Source: Priapulus caudatus
Lineage: Eukaryota
Assembly: GCF_000485595.1 (NCBI RefSeq)
Contig: NW_014577084.1
Location: forward strand, 222,575 to 286,574
Direction: 5' to 3'
Length of the DNA stretch: 64,000 nucleotides
Program-made: the position numbers and the translations under genes
In this document: piece by piece, positions 23,932 through 34,300 of the stretch
Layout of the letters: every line of letters starts with the position of its first letter
Numbering within the stretch: position 1 is the first letter of the stretch
The notes under the pieces: generated by a model
Databases searched by the model: none
What the model saw: only the letters and a program-made list of their open reading frames with translations
Told to the model about the DNA's origin: nothing

Positions 23932-24620
23932 ACCCTAACCCCTACCCTAACCTAAACCCTAAACCCAACTAACCCTAAACCTAACCAACTAACCCTAATC
24001 TAGTAGTAAGTTCTAGAATCTAGACCATAACATAGAATAATATGTGTTAAAACGCAATGTATATATATGATATTATGGGTAGAACAAGTTGTAAATTATC
24101 CTAGTCAATAGATCAGACAGTTGTACTAGTAATACGTATAAGAAATCCTGCCAATCGGCAATCTTACGCCGGTCGCCGGTTAAAGTTAGTGCCGCTCATA
24201 GGCCATATGTATATGTGTCAGTGTACGCGCGATGGCGGGTCGTATGTTTACTGTTGATATGCTTCAAGTGCCTGTGATAGCCATAGGGTTAGGGTTAGGG
24301 TTACCGGTTAGGGTTAGGCCGGTGTACTGCCGGAACGTACCCTGGTTACGGTCCGGTGGCGCAAATCCACTATAGGCATTTTAGGCTTAGGTATCACGAA
24401 GATTCTGTGTATCATCAACTGATGCACAGACTTTCCATATATCAAGGAATGATGCAAAAACCCTAACCCTAAGTAACGGGCCTAAGTCAAAGTATAACCT
24501 TAGGTAACCCGACCAGGCTGTGTGACTAACGTCAATATAGGGGTATTCTAACCCTAGCAATACCGTTTCTTGGAGCTAAACCTTAGGTATCACGAAGTGT
24601 GTTAGGGTTAGGGTTAGGGC
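23932..24620. repeat. Short interstitial telomere-like (CCCTAA/TTAGGG)n patches
   Basis: CCCTAA-like run 23932-23998; TTAGGG runs at 24285-24318 and 24601-24619; short patches at ~24460 and ~25090. Confidence 0.8.
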
Positions 24621-25088
24621 CCGGGCCCCCCACTCCGAGGTCGGAGGGACTGCATGCGCGTTCCCAAAATCTCCGGTAAAAGGGTATTTTTCGCGCGACA
24701 AAATCCGGCCCAAGAATTGTAAAAAAAGGGGGTGTATTTGACTTTTCACCCAGAGATTTCTTTAAAAAGGAGGTGTTTTTCCTCTCTCTCTTTCATCTTG
24801 AATATCATAGAAAACTTTATCAAATCCCGGGATCAAATTCCTGAAATTCCTGCTAGTTTTGAAAGCTCATTCAGGATTATTTCATTTTGAAAAGTAAAAA
24901 TATTGCCCCTAGTTCCCGATTAGGAGCAGTGTTCCGGATTTAAGGGGGTCTCCAAGGCAGGAAAACCCCGCAAAAAGCCCGCGAAAGGGGGGTTCAGAAA
25001 TTTTGGCAGTCCTGAGATAGGGGGGTGCTTTCAAAGGGAGGGAACGAGCATATGCGTACCCTAAATAACACTGAGTGGGGGGCCCGGG
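24620..25088. mobile_element. Non-autonomous TIR element with CCCGGGCCCCC-ACTC...GAGT-GGGGGGCCCGGG termini
   Basis: Inverted ends of ~16 bp; flanked on both sides by GGTTAGGG repeats, suggesting insertion into a telomere-like tract. Confidence 0.55.
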
Positions 25089-25373
25089 GGTTAGGGTTAC
25101 AAATTTTGAGATTACAAATTAGCATCAAAGAGAGATCAAATTGAGATCAAATAGATTAATTTTGGCATCAAATAAATTCACATCAATAGAGATCAAATTG
25201 AGATCACAAATTAGCATGGAAGATCTGATCGGGACACTTAAAGGTCTGGGGAGAACCCTGATACATCGTGATGGTATATACTAATGTATATATATAGTAA
25301 ATACAATAATCACTATATATTGCTGTTCACCCTACTTATAGGCGCAGTTTCATCTCTGGAGATATACACTGTA

Positions 25374-28300
25374 ATGGCAGTGTCAACTGTTCCTCGATTA
25401 ACTGGGGCACTGCGAGCTTTCTCGCACATAACAGCTGATGTGGATTATGAAAAATCTGCTGATGCCACCTGGTTACCACGCTTCTCCCATCGACGCGAAA
25501 GTCAAGATCTAACATGGAGCAAGCTAAAGTCTACCCTGCTAAGCCATTCCTCGAAAAGCATCGAATCTTTGAAGGAGTTAACTCATGTTGCAAAAGACTT
25601 TGGCAAGTGTTTGCTTAAATTTGAATATCAAATAATAGAACATGCCTATAATGTTAACGAGAATAATATAAGGATAACCTGTAATTGCTCGCATTCACAT
25701 TCACATATAGTTGCACCCTTATTAGAGAATCACATTCACAGTGGCCTAATTAATGTTGACTTTTTTATAGTTGGAAGTTACGCAACTCAGGACGAGGTAC
25801 AATCGGCTGCAACATTTCTGTTCTCAACATTGAAAGACCATGAGTCAGTTTCAAGAGAAATTGCAAAGACCCTGCAACAAGCATTTGGCCACTTTACTAT
25901 GGCCTCTGCTCAGAAAGCTTTACTCATTGTGAAGAAACTACTCTCTGGAATTCCTGAACAAATTAGAGATGAACTGAAGAAAACTGGTGACAGGGTCCAA
26001 ATAAACGAAGAGTTTGGTAAAGGTATCAAATTCACAGCACCTCGAGATGAAACTCTTGACCTCCTAAGTTCAGATTCTGAAACTGAGGACTATCAAGAAT
26101 TGAAAATTGATTTGAAATACCACAGTCCTACAGCGAAGAAAACAACAGCAACTGGAAAGTCTAGGGTAAAGCTTTGCAGAGATCAATCAAGGAGAGGAGT
26201 TAGTACAGCAGAAAACAGACAGCCAGATGCATCCTGGTTACAGTTTGAAGTTTTGAAGTACTTTAAAGATGATGACAATGAACTTGGCCTACCGGTGTCT
26301 GCTATTTGTGCGTCATTGTTTGACATGCTCTCTTCAGACCAGACGAATGAGCAACTTCAAAACGATGTGAGTATCTTATACAATTATTAACCACAATACT
26401 TTATGTTTTTCTTACAACCAAACTATAATTTCTTTGGTATATGTAAAAGCCAAAGTATAAATAACTGTAAGATATGAAAGTATAAAGAGGTGAAAATTTG
26501 TAGTCTACCTATGATTTATTGTGTTCAACTCAATAAACATGAGCCCAAAGTTACATTAAACACTCAGTCCGCCTTATCCCTAATCATTTTTCTCATACAT
26601 AATCACAATCCAGAAAGATAGACTAAAATCTATAGCATTTAGATGAACTATTAACAGCTTCTATAACTACCAACAAACCAATTAATAGATCTATCATATC
26701 ATATAACAAACATTATTGTGAGGCAGAGTAGTTTTATCAATCGGTGGTGAGAAATAATATGTATCCTATGTGGCAGCACAGCTCAGTGGCCATCATAGGT
26801 TATTATTTGTCGTTGCATGTAGCATATAGTCTATCAATTATAATGCAGTATTTTTCGCAACCATATTATATATAACCATATAATTAACACATGATACGTA
26901 CATATACAGACGTGTGTATATGTACTATGTACGTATGTGTTAATTATATGGTTACAACAGTGGTGTGCATATCAGTTGGTATATGTATATACCACCTGAT
27001 ATGCACAACACTGTTGTAACTGTTGAACAGATATTTTGCATATATATAACTTCTCCCTCGCTATATACCTTCAAATCATATATCAAAAATGGCCAACTGG
27101 AGAAACAGGTCCTGTTGATAATAAATGATATGTTTTTGTGTTTATTTCTTCTTCAGCTGTTCGATTTTCTGGGCTTTGAAAGGATTGTGATGATTGAAGG
27201 TCTCCTACAAAGTCGAAGCTCACTACTAGACTCTGCGTTTAACCAGGACTTACCTGAATCAAAGCTCCCGTGTGAATTGCAGCAAAGCCGACCCAATGTT
27301 GCCTGTACAGTTACAGTTCAGGTACATCATGCGTGTATAGCAGAAACGTGATGAAAAAGCTACAATTAATAGCTTATTATTTGGTTGGCAAGTATAGGAT
27401 GAGTATTGAGGTTTAGATTTTATATCAGAGAAATGTCCAGGGTTCTCCCCAGGATGAAATTGAAACAGGGGGAGGGGGAGAGGGAGGGGGAGGGGGGAGG
27501 AAACTAGGGGGTCCGGGGCCTGTCGAATCACTGCAGCAAGAACAAGTCCGCACCTGCAGCTACAACACCACGCATCTATTTGCCTAATATATTTAACAAC
27601 ATTATATTATAGTTATATATATACTACTATAACAACTATAACTACTATAACAACTATATATAACGTTGTTATATATAGTAAATAGATGCGTGTGTGCTGT
27701 AGCTGCAGGTGCGGACTTGTTTCTTGCTGGGCCAGTGGGTGCGATGGCAATTCTTGCCGGAGGTGCCCTCAATTGCAGTAGCAGCAGCGCCTCCAAAGCT
27801 GACTCACTCAGCCTGTTCCTCAATGTAGCCATTTCCATTTTTTTAAAAAGAAAAAAGTTTTCCCAAACGGCAGGCGCGCGCCGTTTTGCGCAACGTAGGA
27901 GAGAACCTGATGTCACACTATGCAAATGAAAAGTTTAATATGAATTTTTTTATGCAAATATACATGTTTATTTACCAGTGTTGACAGTGCATAATTTACA
28001 TGTAAACCTGAATGTGTCTGTACACATTAAGTGTAAAGATGCCGAAGTAAAGCATCAGCAATTCGTGCCTTTACTGACCAGTAACACATGCCAGCATACA
28101 TTGATGCACGATTTTCGTGCCAATCTATGTTTTTAATGTATGAATTTTTACTTAGAGGGAACTGGCATGTTGGTGGAGAGAAACCAACCCACGCTGCTCT
28201 AAATTGTTTTACAGTCGAATCTGATGAAACAACTGAAAAAACAGTTGCGGAAGGAAGCAGAAGAAGATGAGAGAGATGAATGGAAAAATTCGAGCCACTC

Positions 28301-31300
28301 GAGAAAAGTTTCCATTCCACAAAGCACTGAGAGATGAGAGTTGGGTAATCATCAGAATATTAGTTTCAAATAAGCATAGTAATAACGCGTTATAAATTCG
28401 ATTTCCCTTTAAGCTGATACCCTAATTGATATTTGGTGCAGTGTTGTTACCGTTCTATATAGCTACTAGCTGGGCTACCCGCGATGCCCCGGATTAAAGG
28501 AGAAAAGCAGCTAGAATTTAGCTCTGCCATGACGCCTATACATCCATCCCTCTCCTTCCCTTTCCATTTTCTCTCTATTACCTCCCCCGCCCCTCCCTCC
28601 CCTCCCTTTTTTTCTTTTTCCTTATTACATAAATAAATCTACAACATATAATGGGGAATCTGTCCAAACTCATTCGAAATCAGATCCGCTAATCTCGCAG
28701 GGGGCGCACCCGCCAAATGAGATTCTTATCATTGGATTGAACTCTTGTATATTTTGTATTGCTATATGAATTCTTAGGTATATTTTTGATTATTTCTTGT
28801 AATGCCCCTCTCGGTCATGTGGAAGAAAGCGAAAATTAAATTATAAAACATAGGAAGCCAATGAGAACATGAGAATTTGAAGAAACATTGACAAAGAATT
28901 AAAGACACGGTAGATTTATATAAATACCTATAGACCCGGTGTGCACATGAGCAATAAGATTAGTTAAGGTATCATATACTCTCGTTTTTGTGTTTTGTTT
29001 TTCATATTTGTTGGCTTAAATTCTGAATTTTTTTGGCTTAAATTATGTCCATCGCGTCATGCTGATTCAGATATATATGGTGTAGGGGTCACCGTCTTAC
29101 CGTGGGTTCGACAAGATAGACACCACCGGCATAGAGTGACAGACAGATTCCCAGGCTTCATTTTTAAGGGCGCGATCTGCGCTCATGCGCTCCACCACGC
29201 GCGACGCATAAATTGTGCCATGGTGCCGCAATCATCGCGCCTCAGTAAAAGTGCTTGAACATCGACGCACCAAAAGTCTGTTATCGCAAACTCGATCGTG
29301 TACATTCAAAAAAGCCCCGGCCGCTGTCAACGCGTGGCCTTGAGGCTAGTTTTCCTGTCCATAGAGTTGTCACTGTTGCAATGCGATCCAGCGAGCCCTG
29401 AAGTGGAGTATCTATTCTAGCCCCAAACTCTATATTCAGATAGCTTCACATAGAATTGCAACTTTCATACACGCCTTCCGGCAGGGCTCATTTACACAGT
29501 CGTCCGGGTCGTCCGTGACGACTGATTTTCTCTCGGGCAAATACAAATTAGCTTATCGTGGTATTCCGTGTCCAACCTCTATAAAAAGGTTATATTCATA
29601 CATGCGCGGCGTTCATTTTACATACGGGCCAAGGGTTGCAAGAAAAAGAAACAATACGCTGGCAAACGTACATGTCTATGACGCATGTCTGGCTTGCTGA
29701 TAACAAAGATAACATACGTGTTTATCAACACAATGTTTTGTGTTTAATTTTCAATTTTGCTCATCCTGTGAATTGACACATACTGGTCATATGCGCCGGG
29801 AACGTGCTTAATTAATGCTTAGTAAGTGTTAGTAAGTTCAGTAATGTTACGTAGCTTACTAATCGGTAAAATCTATGAAATAAAGAATTGTTTATGCAGC
29901 ACTTATTAATTACTGATTATTAGAGCGGTCATTGATCCCCAGCCTCATTTACACATTACCAATTTTATTATGCTTCATATTAATGAGTGGAAACTAGATG
30001 CGAATGCATGTCTGCTGAGTCTCAGCAATAACGCGCTACAAATGGTCACATCTGATGAGGCCTTTGCTTATGAAAGCGAACTCGGGAGCATCAGCGCTGA
30101 GCAGGAGGGCGCATGCAGCACATGTGTTAAATAAATGATCCGACAACCAAAAAACTCTTGAGACAGACTCCGGACAACCCAAAAAAAACATAAAATTGAG
30201 TCACGCGCTTTCGTCGCTATGGCAAGACCTTTTAAGGGTGTGATTTGTTTAGTGAGCTCTCCATCATGGCCTCTTAAGGGTGTAAATCTTTTAATGGAGC
30301 TGTCTCCATCATGCCTCTATGGCGTGTGATTAATCGAGCGTGAAAGTCCTCCTCATGGTGTCTAAGGGAGTCATTAGTATCTCTCCTGTACGTTTTCAAA
30401 TCTGAAAGCCTCGATCCCCCATTTATGTAGTAGATGTAGTATATTCACAACCCTAGCTAAACTTGCATCTATTTACCGCTTATACTTGGATTAGTAATAT
30501 GTATAGATGTACTGATATTTCAGCCAGTTGATGCATGATGTGATACGCTGTGTATTCATAACCGGTTGCTATTATGAACTTTTTTTAAGGGCGGCCCAGC
30601 TAGATGCTGCTGCCAAAGTTCCTCTATTTCAAGACAGGCTTCCCCGCACCGATACTGTAGTGGAGAAGTTTCCCCATGTGTTTGACTTGTATGCTGAAGC
30701 TAAGAGTTCATCTGCCTTTGTGGGAGGAGCAACGGTACAGATCATGCGCACGCTTTACTAAATGCAACGTCCTCTCAAATCATTGTGTAACTGTTGTTCT
30801 AAAGATTTGCTTTAGTTGTATGAACCGTATTTGTGACGTCAGCAACTACCCTTTCTGTTCCAACTCCAAATCCTTCATTTTCTGTTAGATGTAACTCAAA
30901 TAGTCGCTGATAATTTCTGCATTACAGTGTCGTGAAGTTTTATTTAAATCGTGATCTCATACTATTTGATAGATGGTATTGCCAGATGGGTTTGATCGGA
31001 AAGACAACAAATTGTACGAAGAAGTAAACATTCCGCCAACAGAGCAAGCTCCAGTTGGAGAAGACTTTCATCTAATCCAGATCTCAGAGCTGGATGAGGT
31101 ATCTAATAAAGTTTTTTTTAAGTATTTGAGATTTTGTAGATAATCCAATATCCAATTGAATCCATATTCAAAATGAGTATACTGTATACTGAAACATTAA
31201 TGATTCAACCAGAACTAAGACAATAAGGGATATTCTTGTCTTACCTCGAATAGAACCTGTATAAGAGAGTGTCTATAAGTCTCCTACCATGTTCTTGCAG

Positions 31301-34300
31301 ATAGCCCAGGTGGCCTTTAGAAGTACTAAGCAGCTGAACAAGATACAGTCGGTAGTGTGTGAGACAGCGTACTACAGCAACGAAAATCTGCTGATATGCG
31401 CTCCGACTGGTGCTGGCAAGACGAACATTGCCATGCTCACTGTGTTGCATGAGATTAAGAAGCACATCCACCAGGGAGTCATCAAGAAGGATGATTTTAA
31501 GGTATGTTGTCTTTCCCTGCAGGAACTATCTAGTGTGTGTATGCGTATCATATCGGTTATGAGTTTGCAGCATAGAAATAGCTATATTTTAGTCTGGACG
31601 TTCCCTTTATTTACACACTCACTGCACTAGCTTTGTGATCATCATCATTGCTATACAAAATATCGCAACACAAGTACATCGTTATATGAGATCAAACTGT
31701 ACACTGTTATGTATGTAATATATCCATGAATATGCAGTGCTCAATTTTAACAAAGGTCGTCCGTGACGACTGGATTTTCTCTCGGGCAACTACAAATTGC
31801 TTCCGTGGTTGTTCGGTGTCCAACCTCTAAATTAATTTTGAAATTTTTTTTTTTTATTTTCAATTTTTGCTCATCTGTGACTTGACACAGTGTTAATGTA
31901 AATGTTATGAAATAAATTTCATGCAACTTTTAATTACTATTATTATACGTCATTGATCCCAGCATCATTTACCACATTACCAATATTTTATTCTCTTCAT
32001 ATAATGAGTGAAACAATGCGAATGGCCGTGTCTGCTGTCACTGCAATACGTACAAAATGTACATGATTAGGCCTTTTGCTTTACAGCACTGAGCATCACG
32101 TGAGCAGAGCGCATGCAGCACATGTTTAAATAATATCCGGACAACCAAAACTCTTGAGGGACAACCATATGCTACTCTCTTGGTTGTCCTCCGGACAACC
32201 CAAAAAAAACCTTAAAATTGAGCACTGAATATGTCAGGGGTGCCTTACTATATTCAATTCTAGGTTGTCTACATAGCACCGATGAAAGCTCTGGCTGCAG
32301 AGATGGTCAGGAATTTTGGCCAGAAGTTGGAGCCACTAGGAATACAAGTAAAAGAGTTGACTGGAGATATGCAACTGACAAAGACAGAAATCATGCAAAC
32401 GCAGGTAAATAGCTCGGAAACTCGCTAATATGTAGAGTTTTTGGACTGAGTGTGAATACGCTGTCTAGTCGAAAAGATGGTCTGTTATGAACGATGCTGT
32501 TGAAGTGCTGCTGCATTCACTCTAAGTTGGCGGGAAGGCGTGCATTCCTTATGCATCCTAGAAGCTACACTTGTGAAGCAATTGTCACAAACAACTTCAA
32601 CCAAGTTGGCCATCAAAGCTCCAACTCCAAATATACTCTTCGTTATTCAATGTCGCACGCTTACCACTGTAGCGGGAAGGGTGTGGAAGGTAAAGGCAGA
32701 GAGGAGAGAGGGGGAGGAAAAGGAAAGAGACATTAAAAGAGGAAGGAGAAATTCTGTCGGTCAATTTTGATGTGAAAATAACCAGAGAAATTGCCTCGGT
32801 TTAGACACAATAACCAGTTTAACATTCAGGATTGGTCATATCTGGTTATAACATGGCATTGTGTGTAACATGTTAAGTGTTTTGTCTATTCCACCTGAGT
32901 GTAAACTTTCACGCTGAATGTAAACTTTCAGGCTGACCGTAAACCTTCACTCCGGAAGTAAACTTTCACGCTCAATGTAAACTCACGCCGAACGTGAACC
33001 TCCTTTTGCCACTCGCCTGTAGATGCTGGTGACGACGCCGGAGAAGTGGGACGTGGTGACGCGTAAGGGCGCCGGTGACGTGGCGCTCACGCAGCTTGTG
33101 CGTCTGCTCATCATCGACGAAGTACACCTGCTGCACGACGACCGCGGGGCCGTGCTGGAGAGTCTCGTCGCTAGGACGCTACGACAGGTGCTGCGCCCTA
33201 TGTCGGGAAATATATATATAAGCCACAGACATACATGCTATTAGTTAATGAATTTATTTTAATTTTTTAAATTGTAATTAATTTTATTATTTTATGTTAT
33301 TTATTAAGAAAAAAGTTATTTAAATTTTATGAACTCATAGTCAATTAAGGTATAGCTTTAACAGCAATATAGCAGCTCTGCTCTGTTATCAATATATGAA
33401 ATCAGTTAGGAGAAATATACGATCCTAGATATAGTTGTACGTGCACCAAGCGTTGGACTGTGAGTGTATTACGCAGTTAGATGAACTTTAGGTGGCTGCA
33501 GATGCCATTTTAAAAGCTGCATATGGAGCACCGTCATTCTGATACATTGACATATGAACACACTTCCGTGGTAATTGAATAACCTCTGCAGTATTCCCAA
33601 CTCTATTTATTTATATTTTAGGTGGAGTCGTCTCAATTAATGATCCGTATCGTCGGTCTATCAGCAACTCTGCCAAACTACATGGATGTGGCACAGTTCT
33701 TAAGGGTCAACCCATATGTTGGTCTTTTCTTCTTTGATGGTCGTTTTAGGTGAGCTTTATCGATATATTTTTGATATATGACTTACAATTGTTTCTTGAC
33801 TATATCTCACAATATATGCTATATGTGCTATATTATAATATTAGCGATTTTAATCTGAAACTGTGTATATATATGAGTACATGAAGGTGGTATGATGGAT
33901 AGGATCGAAAAAATGCGGATGCAGCAACAGTCATGCGAGCCTAGCACTCGCCGTCAGTGCTGTGGGAAAATTTGAACACTCTTACCTTATGTATTATTAT
34001 CAGGAGCATCACAATATAGACGATCTCTATTATGACACTCCTGTTACTAATTACTACATAATGAGTCGCGACATATTCATAGGAGAAGTTGGCCATACAG
34101 AAGCACTTATTATATGCCTCTATAAGGCTTCTATACTGTTTTTACAGACCAGTTCCACTTGGCCAAACCTTCATAGGAGTTAAAGGTAGAAATCCAATGC
34201 AGTTGATGGGAGCCATGGACGAAGTTTGTTACGAAAAAGTTGCTGAACAAGTGAAAAATGGGCACCAGGTACACTTAACTCCTGTCACAAAATATTGATT

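Noticed and set aside
23932..24620. True telomere or chromosome-fusion site
   Set aside because: The patches are only a few degenerate units interspersed with other sequence in a gene-dense interval.
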